Assembly: GCA_021788645.1 (NCBI GenBank)
Contig: JAJYKK010000001.1
Coordinates: 71,743-135,742, forward strand
Reading direction: 5' to 3'
Length of the DNA: 64,000 nucleotides
Source: Pseudomonadota bacterium
GTDB taxonomy: Bacteria > Pseudomonadota > Gammaproteobacteria > Burkholderiales > JAKAFK01
Part shown: positions 40,212 through 49,808 of the stretch, piece by piece
Layout of the letters: each line of letters starts with the position of its first letter
Numbering within the stretch: the first letter of the stretch is position 1
Program-made: the position numbers and the translations under genes
The notes under the pieces: generated by a model
The model's database searches: none
What the model saw: the letters and a program-made list of their open reading frames with translations, nothing else
Told to the model about the DNA's origin: nothing

Positions 40212-41678
40212 ATGCAGTTCCCCCATCCTTTCTTCTCGTCGCGCCCGGCGTGGAAGTGGTTCATCCTGATCAACGTGCTCGTCGGGGCTACGATGTCCGC
40301 CCTGGACGTCAGCATCGTGAACGTGGCCATGCCGACCATCAGGACCGATTTTGGGGCGTCGATGGTGACCATAGAATGGGTGGCGATGGCGTACATGCTG
40401 ACCTTGACGGTCATGTTGCCGTTTTTTGGCAGGCTCGCGGACGTGATAGGCCGCGCGAAGCTCTATAACCTGGGTTTCGTCGTTTTCACCGTGGGCTCCG
40501 GTCTCTGCGGCTTGGCCCGCTCCGCCCTGTTCCTCATCCTTGCTCGCATGCTGCAGGCGATGGGCGCGGGCCTTTTGCAGGCGAACTCCGTCGCGCTCAT
40601 CACGCAGGCCTTTCCGAGCCGCGAGCTCGGCAGGGCGATCGGCATTCAAGGGGCTGTCCAGGCGATGGCGATGGCGGTGGGACCGTTCATCGGCGGGATC
40701 CTGATAGGCGCGATCGGCTGGCGCTGGATATTTTTTGTCAACCTCCCCGTTGGCATTGTCGGGACGGTGGTCGGCCTGTACGTCCTGCCCCGGCACGTCG
40801 GGACGGGCGAGAAGCCGAGGATCGACTATCTGGGCCTGATATGCTTCGCCGCGGGCCTGGCGGCCCTCGTGCTGGCAGTCAACACCCTCGAGAGGAGCGG
40901 CTGGAGGGCTCCGCTCGTCCTCGGTGGCCTTGTGGCCGCCTGCGTGTTCCTGCCGGCGTTCGTCTTGAGGGAACTCAAGACGGGATTCCCCATGATCGAC
41001 CTGAAGCTCTTCAGGAACTGGACGTTCACGACGGGAAACGTGACCGGCATGCTGTCCTATTATGTGATGTTCGCCGTGCTCTTCTTGATGCCGTTCTATG
41101 TCGAGGATGTGCTCCGCTTCGGGCCCGCGCTTACCGGTGCCCTCCTCACCCCGGTACCGCTTGCGATGGCCGTCGCGGCTCCGCTGGCGGGGCACATCTC
41201 CGACCGGCACGGCGCGCGGATCGTGACGACGGCCGGGATGGCCGTGGCTTCACTCGCGTGCTTCGCCTTGATGTTGCTGAGCACGCACGGCCGCCTTCCG
41301 GTCCTGGCGGGCGAACTGACGCTGCTCGGCATTGGCATGGGCCTTTTCACGCCACCCAACAACAGCGCCATCATGTGGGCTGCGCCGAAGGACAAGTTGG
41401 GCCTGGCCGGCGGGCTTCTCAACATGATGCGGTCCTTGGGGCTCATTTTCGGCGTCGACATTTCCGGGTTGGTCTTCACGCATGTGGCACATGGCTATCT
41501 GGCGAGTAAGGGGATCGCGGCCGTCCGGCACGTCTCCCGGAACACGGCCATTCCCCTGCCCGTCAGGGATGGCGCGTTCATGCACGGCTTCATGTCGGTC
41601 ATGGGATCGCTGCTGGCGCTCACGGTCCTCTCGACCCTCCTATCGATCATGCGCAGGCAATCACCCGCGCGCGACTAG
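40212..41678 (+). CDS. MFS transporter, DHA2 (EmrB/QacA, 14-TMS) family
   Basis: WKWFILINVLVGATMSALDVSIVNVAMPTIRTDFGAS...GRLADVIGRAKLY...LARMLQAMGAG, with about 14 hydrophobic spans. Confidence 0.9.
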   Translation: MQFPHPFFSSRPAWKWFILINVLVGATMSALDVSIVNVAMPTIRTDFGASMVTIEWVAMAYMLTLTVMLPFFGRLADVIGRAKLYNLGFVVFTVGSGLCGLARSALFLILARMLQAMGAGLLQANSVALITQAFPSRELGRAIGIQGAVQAMAMAVGPFIGGILIGAIGWRWIFFVNLPVGIVGTVVGLYVLPRHVGTGEKPRIDYLGLICFAAGLAALVLAVNTLERSGWRAPLVLGGLVAACVFLPAFVLRELKTGFPMIDLKLFRNWTFTTGNVTGMLSYYVMFAVLFLMPFYVEDVLRFGPALTGALLTPVPLAMAVAAPLAGHISDRHGARIVTTAGMAVASLACFALMLLSTHGRLPVLAGELTLLGIGMGLFTPPNNSAIMWAAPKDKLGLAGGLLNMMRSLGLIFGVDISGLVFTHVAHGYLASKGIAAVRHVSRNTAIPLPVRDGAFMHGFMSVMGSLLALTVLSTLLSIMRRQSPARD

Positions 41679-43480
41679 AACAGGCTGTCCCAGGCATCCC
41701 GCTCGGCCCGATAATGCGCCAATGCCTCGATGATCTGTCGTTTGCGCTCCGCGCGATGCTCGGCGGACTCGATCTTGCGCCACGCAACCGAATGCTCGCC
41801 GAAGTTGCGGTCGATGTTTTCGATGAAGGCGTGGACCTGCTCGAGCGCGTCGGACAGCTCCGCCCGGCGTAGCCACCAGTGGCCCGCGTTGAACACCAGC
41901 GCACGCAATTGCCGGCTCTTCGCGACGATCGCGTCGTGCTTTTGGCGATAGAGCGCCAGCAGGTCGCTTTCTTTCGCGGCGATGATCGCCTCGATGGTCT
42001 CCTGGGCGAAAGGCCGAGTCACGTCCGCTCGCTTGACCAGCTCTTCGGCCGAGAACAACATGAGGTCGCCGAAGAACTGACGCTCGAACTCGTCGGACAG
42101 ATCGATGTGTTTGCGTTCTCCATCCCGTTCGACGCCGGGACGGAAATTTCCGCCCAATCCCTCCTCGGTCGAGCGGCGATGGAGATTGGGCATGTTGAAA
42201 GAGGCGAACCGTGCGCCGATTTCCGCGGCAATCAACCGCCCGGCGGTCGGTCCGGACATGCGCAGTCTCAGGTGACCGAAAGGAATGATGTATTTCAGTC
42301 CGGCGTAGTTGACGACGTAATTGCCCGGATAAACTGTCCGAGCCGGCGTGAGCCGTGCAAAACCGCTGCCATAGGAGAACCAGGTCTTGCGCGTCAGGTG
42401 CTCGCCGAAGAAGAAGGCATCCAGCCTGTGCGCGAACGCCGTTAGGCAGTCGGCATGGTCGTGGCGGCCGGATAGCCTGCAGGCGTAGGGAAATGCCGCC
42501 GGTTGCTGGGCAAAGCCGAAGAGCCCCGCCAAGTCGTGATAGGCGGCATCGCCTGGAAGCGGGCCCTGCGCCCCGTGAAACCGGCAAGCGTCATGGCCGC
42601 CCAAAGTCGACAGCCGCTCAAGGAAGGCGATGACATCATCAAGGAAATTCGCCGCCATCACCGCGGGGGACACCGGGGGATCCCCTACCAGCTTACCGGT
42701 GAGCATCAGCGTGCCGGTGGTGCGGAAGATCCGGTCGATGACGTGGAAGTAATTGAGTGCATAGACGATTTCCTCGCCGGTGTCGGTTCGCCGGTTCACG
42801 CAGAAATGCTGGTCGCTGTCGACGAGGTAATACAGCGTCTTGGCCTTGTCTTCCGTCAACTGCAGGAACTTGAGGTAGCTCAAGTTGCGATTGGCGGCTT
42901 GTCCCTTGCGATAAAATCTGTCCCGCGGCTGGCGGGTGAGTATCCTGCCGAGGCGCTCGCGCTGGCCCTGGGGCAGCGCGTGCAGAAGCTCATACTGCTC
43001 GTCCAGCCCGAAATGAACGACCTGCAAGCCTTTCTTCCGATACTCGTCTACCAGCTCTCGGTGCCGGCGGATATGGTGTTCGTCGCGGCTGTCCTCGGCG
43101 ACGACCACCTTGATCTTTTCCCATGCCCCGGATGCGTGGCCGCCATAGTCATACAGCGCGCACAGCTGATAGATGCTTTCCAGGCAGGCGCGCAAGTGGG
43201 GTGGCCGGTCCGCCACCGGGATGCCGAGGATGAAATGGTGGCGCTGATCATCGCCCCGCCGGGACACCAGCGCCTCCTGCTCGCGGAAGAGGGCCTGATA
43301 GTCCGCGAGCAGCGCCGCGAAGTCGGCTCCCGAAGCCCACATTGCTTTTTCCAGCCAAGGGTAGCATTGCTCGTAGCGCTCGATGAGCCCATCGAGCCCG
43401 TTCGGATCGGCGAGCGCCGGGAGGGCGGCTTGGTGGCGCGCGAGGCATCGCGCGAGCTGCGTTGTCGCGGGATCAGGCAT
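41675..43480 (-). CDS. 601-aa protein of unknown function with a GT-A-like (nucleotide-diphospho-sugar transferase) core
   Basis: HHFILGIPVADRPPHLRACLESI (beta1 of the GT2 type), KIKVVVAEDSRDE, KGQAANRN, and YLVDSDQ (DxD-like), plus a helical C-terminal ~150 aa. The ATG lies 6 nt after the stop of the ThDP gene. That it is a gene is solid; its function is not. Confidence 0.75.
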   Translation of the reverse strand: MPDPATTQLARCLARHQAALPALADPNGLDGLIERYEQCYPWLEKAMWASGADFAALLADYQALFREQEALVSRRGDDQRHHFILGIPVADRPPHLRACLESIYQLCALYDYGGHASGAWEKIKVVVAEDSRDEHHIRRHRELVDEYRKKGLQVVHFGLDEQYELLHALPQGQRERLGRILTRQPRDRFYRKGQAANRNLSYLKFLQLTEDKAKTLYYLVDSDQHFCVNRRTDTGEEIVYALNYFHVIDRIFRTTGTLMLTGKLVGDPPVSPAVMAANFLDDVIAFLERLSTLGGHDACRFHGAQGPLPGDAAYHDLAGLFGFAQQPAAFPYACRLSGRHDHADCLTAFAHRLDAFFFGEHLTRKTWFSYGSGFARLTPARTVYPGNYVVNYAGLKYIIPFGHLRLRMSGPTAGRLIAAEIGARFASFNMPNLHRRSTEEGLGGNFRPGVERDGERKHIDLSDEFERQFFGDLMLFSAEELVKRADVTRPFAQETIEAIIAAKESDLLALYRQKHDAIVAKSRQLRALVFNAGHWWLRRAELSDALEQVHAFIENIDRNFGEHSVAWRKIESAEHRAERKRQIIEALAHYRAERDAWDSLF

Positions 43481-43486
43481 GCAAGA

Positions 43487-45154
43487 CTAACGCCGTGAGG
43501 AATAATTCGGATAGGCATCCTGATCGAGCATGATCTCGATGAGATTGATGCCTTGACGGAAATCCATCGTCGCGAGCTTCGCCACCTGCGTCCCGTCTTC
43601 CAGACGGCAGTGCCTGATGCCGAACGATTGCGCCAGCAGCGCGTAATCGGGATTGGTGAAATCGCAGTCCATGAAGCGGTCGTGATAGAGATGATGCTGG
43701 TTCTTGCGAATCAGCCCCATGGTCCGGTTGTTGAACAGGATGACATTGAGCGAGATGCGGTGATTGACCGCCGTCATGAGTTCCATCGCACACATCTGGA
43801 ACCCGCCGTCGCCGATCGCGGCAAATACCGGCATGTCGAGTTCGCAGGCGGCGCCAATGGCCGCCGGGATGGCGTGGCCCAGCGACGAGATGCCGGTATT
43901 GGGGTAATAGCGGTCCTTGGCGGACACCCGGTAAAAATTCTGCGCAAAGACGATGTTGTCGTCGAACAGGGCGAGGCCGTCCGGAAAATGCTGTTCGAGC
44001 CACGCGTAAAAGGCGCGCACATGGTCGAACCGGTGGTCGAAGATCGCCTCGCCCGCCGCATCGGTCCGGGCCCGTGTGGCGGCGATGAAGGCGCCGATGT
44101 CTGCCGGTTCTTTCGCGGGCACCTCCTGGGCCGCGAGGGCGGCGTCGAGCGCCTGCAAGTAGGCGCCAAGGTCGGCGTGCACCGCGAGGTCCGCGCGGAA
44201 TGACTTCCCCAGCTGCTGCGCACAATGGTCCACCTGGATGAGCTTCTTGCCCGCCAACAGCCGCCTGTCCCAGGCATAGCTCGTTCTCTCGCCGAAGGCC
44301 GCACCCAGCACCAGCACCAAGTCCGCCTTCTCTTCCAGGTAACGCATGGCGTAACCGCAGGACGTGACGCCGAGGCTGCCGAGCGCCCGCGCGGATCGTT
44401 CGTCGATCGCACCCTTGGCCTTGAGGGTGCTGGCGACCGGGATGTCGAGGCGTTCGCTCACGCGGCGCAGCGAGGCTTGCGCATCCGCCCGGACGCAGCC
44501 GTGGCCGGCGATCATCAACGGGCGTTTCGCTGCCTGAAGCAGCGCCACGCTCGCATCGATGCCGCGCGCAGGGGGCGCGTGCTCGTCAACGGGGCGCGTG
44601 AAGCTGATCTGCTCAAGGATGCCGGCATCCACGCTCTCCTGCTGCACATTGAAGGGAATGCTCAACACGACTGGTCCCGGCGCCCTGCAAAGGAGGTGTT
44701 GGGCGGCTTGGTTCAGGACCGTGGGCAGGTAATCCGTGCGTTCGATCAATTTGTGGTAGCGGGTGATGCCTGCGAACAAGGCGACCTGATCGATGCTGCC
44801 TCCCTCGCCGGAGCTCTCCTGCAGGCCGCCCTTGCCGAAAAAATGGGTGGAGGTCTCGCCCGTGATGACCAGCACCGGCTGCCTCTCCGCATACGCGTTG
44901 GCGATTCCGGTCACCAGATTGGTCGCGCCGGGACCAGCCGTGGTGATGCACGCCGCTATTCTTCCCGAGGCGCGCGCGAACCCGCCAGCCATGAAGGCCG
45001 CCCCCTGCTCGTGCTTGACGAGCAAAGTCGTGATCCTGGACTCGTACAGCCTGTCGTACACCGGAAGAATATGGGCGCCGGGCATGCCGAAGACATGGGT
45101 GATCCCCAGGCGCTCCATGAACCTGACGATCAATTCGCTGACGGTTGTTTGCAA
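43487..45154 (-). CDS. Thiamine-diphosphate-dependent enzyme, acetolactate synthase large-subunit-like
   Basis: LGITHVFGMPGAHILPVYD...ACITTAGPGATNLVTGIANAYAERQPVLVITGE...AIGDGGFQMCAMELMTA (ThDP motif GDG..N). TTG start. No small-subunit gene nearby. Confidence 0.9.
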   Translation of the reverse strand: MQTTVSELIVRFMERLGITHVFGMPGAHILPVYDRLYESRITTLLVKHEQGAAFMAGGFARASGRIAACITTAGPGATNLVTGIANAYAERQPVLVITGETSTHFFGKGGLQESSGEGGSIDQVALFAGITRYHKLIERTDYLPTVLNQAAQHLLCRAPGPVVLSIPFNVQQESVDAGILEQISFTRPVDEHAPPARGIDASVALLQAAKRPLMIAGHGCVRADAQASLRRVSERLDIPVASTLKAKGAIDERSARALGSLGVTSCGYAMRYLEEKADLVLVLGAAFGERTSYAWDRRLLAGKKLIQVDHCAQQLGKSFRADLAVHADLGAYLQALDAALAAQEVPAKEPADIGAFIAATRARTDAAGEAIFDHRFDHVRAFYAWLEQHFPDGLALFDDNIVFAQNFYRVSAKDRYYPNTGISSLGHAIPAAIGAACELDMPVFAAIGDGGFQMCAMELMTAVNHRISLNVILFNNRTMGLIRKNQHHLYHDRFMDCDFTNPDYALLAQSFGIRHCRLEDGTQVAKLATMDFRQGINLIEIMLDQDAYPNYSSRR

Positions 45155-45956
45155 GTGACCGCATCCCTTTCAAATGCGCCGGATGTGCCGGAAGCACCCC
45201 GCTGAGGACAGCCATCGAAAAGGATTATTTTTAACACAACCAGCGGCGGGCCACAACGACGCCCACGCGACGGCCTGGCTCCTGCGCGGGGCGAGCGTGC
45301 GGCTCACGTGGCCTCAACGGCCGAACGCTGGCCGGTGCGCATGCCCGCTGCGAGCGGCGATGAGCCGGCCGGCCCGCCAGGGATCGAAGGCCGGTGTCCG
45401 CAGCACATGCCATGCCGACGACAACGGCGACCAAAGCCATGCCCGAACGCTTGCCGAGCCGGGAGTCAAGGCATCCGGCATGGCCGTCGCTCCGGGGCAA
45501 GGGAGAACACCTCGGGCGGCGAGACGCGGCCGTATGACGGGAGCGCCGCGATGTTGACCGTTCGCTTGACGAAAGCGGGCCGCCGCCTCAACGGCGAGAA
45601 CAAGCGGCGGAATCGACCACGCGCACCCCATGCGGACAGGCTACCCGCGAGGCGGCACGAGGCGCACGCAGCGCAGTGCCCCACGCGGGTCGTCTTGCGG
45701 AAGTGGCTGGACCGGTTCCCGCCCGGCGTGCTGCCGTACCTGGGCGAGGGCGCCCGGTGGCGATCGTCTAACGGGGGATGGCTTGTGGCGAGAAACCCGG
45801 CACCATTTCTCGCGGTCGCCCCGGGGACGAAACCCTTCAACCGATCGGCCGAGATGCGCCGCGGCTTTCGTGGGCTGCGGCGCTACATTATACTGCTGTC
45901 ATGCGAGTGCCGTTGCGCACACAACGCGATTGGGATGGAAGGGAGGCCGATACGCC

Positions 45957-48164
45957 ATGGTTCTCGAACGCCTGCTCGATCTGTTGCCGATCGGAGCCGT
46001 CGTTGTATCCCGCGACGGCACGGTCCGGCATGCCAACCGCCATGTCCTGTCCCTGTTCGGATACCAGCCTTCCGAGCTGATCGGCCACCCGCTCGGGATC
46101 TTGCTGCCGGAGGAAGTGCGCGTCAAGCACGAGCAATTCGTGCGCGCATGGTTCACGCGTCCCGTAGGGCGCGGGATGCACACGGGGCGGGTGTTCGTCG
46201 CGCGCCGCAAGAACGGCGCGCGCTTTCCGGCGGACATTTCGCTGACGAGAGTCGCCGATGGCGGCGAAGAATACGGGCTCGCCTGCCTGATCGATGTCAC
46301 GACGCTGCACACCCTGGGGCGGGTGCAGCGCGCCTTGGCGTTTTTGAGCGGCAGCAACCGCATCCTGTTGCGATCGACAGGCGGCGACGTCATTTTGCAG
46401 GATGTTTGCCGCCTGGCCACCGAGACGGGAGGCTACCGACTCGCGTGGATCGGGGAAGCGCAGGCGCTTGAGGGCAAGCCGGTGCGCGTCTTGGCCCGAG
46501 CCGGTCAGGCCGTCGACTACATGGAAGCCCTCTCGGTCAGCTGGGCGGAGGATCCGCTGGGGTATGGCCCGACCGGGAGGGCGATTGTGCATGCGCGTCC
46601 CATCGTGTGCCGCTTCATCCGATCGGACCCGGCCTTTGCCCCCTGGCGCGAGCGGGCGCTGGCGCACGGCATCGAGTCGGCCGCGGCGCTGCCGCTGAAG
46701 GTCGACGGTCGGGTCTTCGGCGCGCTTTCCCTTTATGCGGATGTGCCCGATGCCTTTGACGGCGATGAGCTAAGGCTTCTGGTCGAGGTTGCGGATGACG
46801 TATCCTTCGGCGTCGAAACCTTGCGGCTGCGCGAAGCGCACCGACGGGCCGAAGCACAATTGCGCCGATCCGCCCGGGTCGATGCGGTCACCCAGGTCGC
46901 CAACCGAGCGGGCTTGTCCGCATTCCTGGAAGAGGAGATTCACCGCGGTAGGGGCGGTGCGCTCATTTTCGTGAACCTGCGCCGCTTCAAGGAGATCAAC
47001 CATACGCAGGGCTATGCCATGGGGGATGCCGTGCTCAAGGCCTCGGCGCACCGGCTGGCCGGCATCTTGACTCCGGGGGAGCAGCTTGCGCGAATCGGTG
47101 GCAGCGAGTTCGCGCTCGCAGTCCCCGAGGGTGACGAGGCCGCCGCGCGTCGGGCGGCGGAGCGCATCCGCAACGCGCTCGCCGAAAAGCTGCTGGTCGA
47201 TGGACTTTCCGTCTCGCTGGGGGTCAAGGTCGGCGTTGCCCGCTACCCGGCGGGGCGCGCGACGCCCGACGAGGTCTATGCCGATGCCGGGCTTGCCGCC
47301 CAGTTTGCCGATCCCGAGTCGGGCGGCATTCGGTTTTATTCGCCGGCGATGAGTTCCGCGTTCGCCCGGCGCCTGGATATCGCCCGGCGCCTGCAGGCGG
47401 CGTTGCGGGAAGAGGCGCTGGCGCTCTTTTACCAGCCGAAGGTTGACATCGCCTCGGGCCGGCTCGTCGGTGCCGAGGCGCTGCTTCGCTGGAACGATGC
47501 CGTGCTGGGTGCGGTCCCCCCGGATCAGTTCATCCCCGTCGCGGAGGAGCGCGGCCTGATGCCAGAGCTGGGCAACTGGGTGATCGCCAGCGCCTGCCGG
47601 CAATTGCTGTCCTGGCAAGACGCGGGCCTGCGATTCCCGGGCCGGGTGAGCGTCAATGTTTCCGTCGCGCAGTTCAACGTGCCGGATTTTGCCGCGACGG
47701 CGGCTCGAATCGTCGAGGCGGCCGGTGCCTCGGCGGCGGACCTGGAATTGGAGCTTACCGAAAGTCTCTTCGTCGGGGACGGCCCGGCGACCATCGAGGC
47801 GATGAAGACGTTGACGGCCAAGGGGTTTGCACTGGCTATCGATGATTTTGGCACCGGCTTTTCCTCGCTCGCCTATCTGTCGCGTCTGCCGGCCGGCACC
47901 CTGAAAATCGACGTGAGCTTTGTCCGCAACATGCTGGAAAGCCCCAACGACCACGTGGTCGTACGAGCCATCATCGGGATGGCGCGAAGCCTGGGGATGG
48001 ATCTGGTGGCGGAAGGCGTGGAGAGCGCCGCGCATGCGCAGGCACTGCTCGATCTGGGCTGTCCGACGGCGCAGGGCTACCACTACGGGCACCCGGAGCC
48101 GGCGGAGCCGTTTGCGCGACGCTGGCTTGCCGGAGGCGGCAGGTTCCCCGCGGCGGAGCGCTAG
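45957..48164 (+). CDS. PAS-GAF-GGDEF-EAL c-di-GMP signalling protein (GGDEF motif degenerate: GGSEF)
   Basis: RBS GGAAGGGAGG at 45938-45947. PAS ([23 protein letters not shown]), [14 protein letters not shown], and EAL ([32 protein letters not shown]). Confidence 0.9.
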   Translation: MVLERLLDLLPIGAVVVSRDGTVRHANRHVLSLFGYQPSELIGHPLGILLPEEVRVKHEQFVRAWFTRPVGRGMHTGRVFVARRKNGARFPADISLTRVADGGEEYGLACLIDVTTLHTLGRVQRALAFLSGSNRILLRSTGGDVILQDVCRLATETGGYRLAWIGEAQALEGKPVRVLARAGQAVDYMEALSVSWAEDPLGYGPTGRAIVHARPIVCRFIRSDPAFAPWRERALAHGIESAAALPLKVDGRVFGALSLYADVPDAFDGDELRLLVEVADDVSFGVETLRLREAHRRAEAQLRRSARVDAVTQVANRAGLSAFLEEEIHRGRGGALIFVNLRRFKEINHTQGYAMGDAVLKASAHRLAGILTPGEQLARIGGSEFALAVPEGDEAAARRAAERIRNALAEKLLVDGLSVSLGVKVGVARYPAGRATPDEVYADAGLAAQFADPESGGIRFYSPAMSSAFARRLDIARRLQAALREEALALFYQPKVDIASGRLVGAEALLRWNDAVLGAVPPDQFIPVAEERGLMPELGNWVIASACRQLLSWQDAGLRFPGRVSVNVSVAQFNVPDFAATAARIVEAAGASAADLELELTESLFVGDGPATIEAMKTLTAKGFALAIDDFGTGFSSLAYLSRLPAGTLKIDVSFVRNMLESPNDHVVVRAIIGMARSLGMDLVAEGVESAAHAQALLDLGCPTAQGYHYGHPEPAEPFARRWLAGGGRFPAAER

Positions 48165-48958
48165 CGGCGCAGGGCGTCCGTCAAATGGGGTGCGAGCATC
48201 TGGAGCAGTTGGACGAAGATTTTCGGATTGCCGGCCACGACGTTGCCGCGGTCGAGAAAATTCTCGTTGCCGACGAAGTCGCCGACGAGCCCCCCCGCCT
48301 CCTGGATGAGAAGCGCGCCGGCCGCGATGTCCCAAGGTTTGAGGGCGATCTCGAAGAACCCGTCGAGGCGGCCGGCGGCGACGTAGGCCAGGTCGAGGGC
48401 GGCGGAACCGGGGCGACGCACGCCCGAGGTCTTTTGCACCGCGTCGCGGAACATCGCGAGGTAGGGGTCGAGATGGGAAAAGTCGCGGAACGGGAATCCC
48501 GTGCCGATCAGGGAGTCCTTGAGCTTGATCCGCTTGGAGACCCGCAGCCGTCGATCGTTGAGAAAGGCGCCTTGCCCCTTGGAGGCCGTGAAAAGGTCGT
48601 TGCGGGTAGGATCGTAGACGACCGCGTGGGTGAGGGCCTGTTTGTGGAGGAGGGCGATCGAGACGGCGTATTGCGGAAAACCGTGCAAAAAGTTGGTCGT
48701 GCCGTCTAGGGGATCAATGATCCATTGGTACTCCGAATCCCCCTGCTCCCCTGATTCTTCTGCTAAAATCGCATGATTTGGATAGGCGCCCAGCAGCGTT
48801 TCGATGATGGACTGTTCGGCGGCCTGGTCGACTTCGCTGACGAAATCGTTTTCGCTTTTGTGCTTGACCGTGATCAGATCGAGGTCGAGGGAGGCCCGGT
48901 TGATGAGGGATCCGGCGCGACGGGCGGCCTTGACCGCAATGGTGAGCATGGGATGCAT
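48161..48958 (-). CDS. suhB: Inositol monophosphatase family protein SuhB
   Basis: [16 protein letters not shown]...EESG...[12 protein letters not shown]...[17 protein letters not shown]. Confidence 0.9.
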   Translation of the reverse strand: MHPMLTIAVKAARRAGSLINRASLDLDLITVKHKSENDFVSEVDQAAEQSIIETLLGAYPNHAILAEESGEQGDSEYQWIIDPLDGTTNFLHGFPQYAVSIALLHKQALTHAVVYDPTRNDLFTASKGQGAFLNDRRLRVSKRIKLKDSLIGTGFPFRDFSHLDPYLAMFRDAVQKTSGVRRPGSAALDLAYVAAGRLDGFFEIALKPWDIAAGALLIQEAGGLVGDFVGNENFLDRGNVVAGNPKIFVQLLQMLAPHLTDALRR

Positions 48959-49026
48959 GAAGGGACCTTCGATCAGAGGGGTTGGGCAACGGATGGACCG
49001 GCCGCTATTGTAATGCGATTGGCGCG

Positions 49027-49764
49027 ATGACGAAACCGGGGGTGCTGGAGAATGTGCGCATCGTCCTGAGCCACACGAGCCACCCGGGAAATATCGGCGC
49101 GGCGGCGCGGGCCATGAAGACGATGGGGCTTTCCTCGCTCTATCTGGTGCGGCCCAAGCATTTTCCCGATGCGCAGGCCGACGCGATGGCCTCGGGCGCC
49201 CAGGATGTGCTGGCGCGCGCGCGCGTCTGCGGGAGCCTTCCGGAAGCGCTGCAGGGGGTGGTGCTGGCTGCGGCGGTGAGTGCCCGTCGGCGGGAGTTGG
49301 CCCAGCCCGCCGTCGATGCGCGGGAGGGGGCGGCCCAGTTGCTGGCCCAGTCGGGCGCGCACCCTGTGGCGGTGGTGTTTGGCACCGAGATGTCGGGACT
49401 GTCCAACGCCGACGTGGGCTTGTGCCAACTGCTGGTGCACATTCCGGCCAATCCCGCCTACTCGTCGCTCAACCTGGCCGCCGCCGTGCAGATCCTGGCC
49501 TATGAGCTTCGTCTGGCGGGGGGGCTCGATGGCGTTCTGGCGGATCCTTCGGCGGCCGCGCCGCTGGCGCCGTTCGAGGACGTGGAGCGCTTCTACGCCT
49601 ACCTCGAGGAGGTGCTGGTGGGTGTGGAGTTCCTCAATCCGCTTGCGCCAAAGCGGCTGATGGAGCGGCTGCGGCGGCTGTTTGCGCGCGCGCGGCTGGA
49701 GCGCGAGGAAGTCAACATTCTGCGGGGCATCCTGACCGCCGTGCAGAAAAGTAGAGAAAAATAG
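49027..49764 (+). CDS. trmJ: tRNA (cytidine/uridine-2'-O)-methyltransferase TrmJ
   Basis: [26 protein letters not shown]...[22 protein letters not shown] (SpoU/TrmH fold). Divergent from suhB, as in many proteobacteria. Confidence 0.85.
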   Translation: MTKPGVLENVRIVLSHTSHPGNIGAAARAMKTMGLSSLYLVRPKHFPDAQADAMASGAQDVLARARVCGSLPEALQGVVLAAAVSARRRELAQPAVDAREGAAQLLAQSGAHPVAVVFGTEMSGLSNADVGLCQLLVHIPANPAYSSLNLAAAVQILAYELRLAGGLDGVLADPSAAAPLAPFEDVERFYAYLEEVLVGVEFLNPLAPKRLMERLRRLFARARLEREEVNILRGILTAVQKSREK

Positions 49765-49808
49765 TCGGGTATTGCATACTGAAATTTTCGAGGGCGTTGC
49801 GCGCACCG

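Noticed and set aside
45155-45260. A TPP riboswitch upstream of the ThDP-dependent enzyme.
   Set aside because: The minus-strand leader lacks the conserved CTGAGA and ACCTGATCTGGATAATGCCAGCG-type elements. ThDP-using enzymes are not typical TPP-riboswitch targets in any case.
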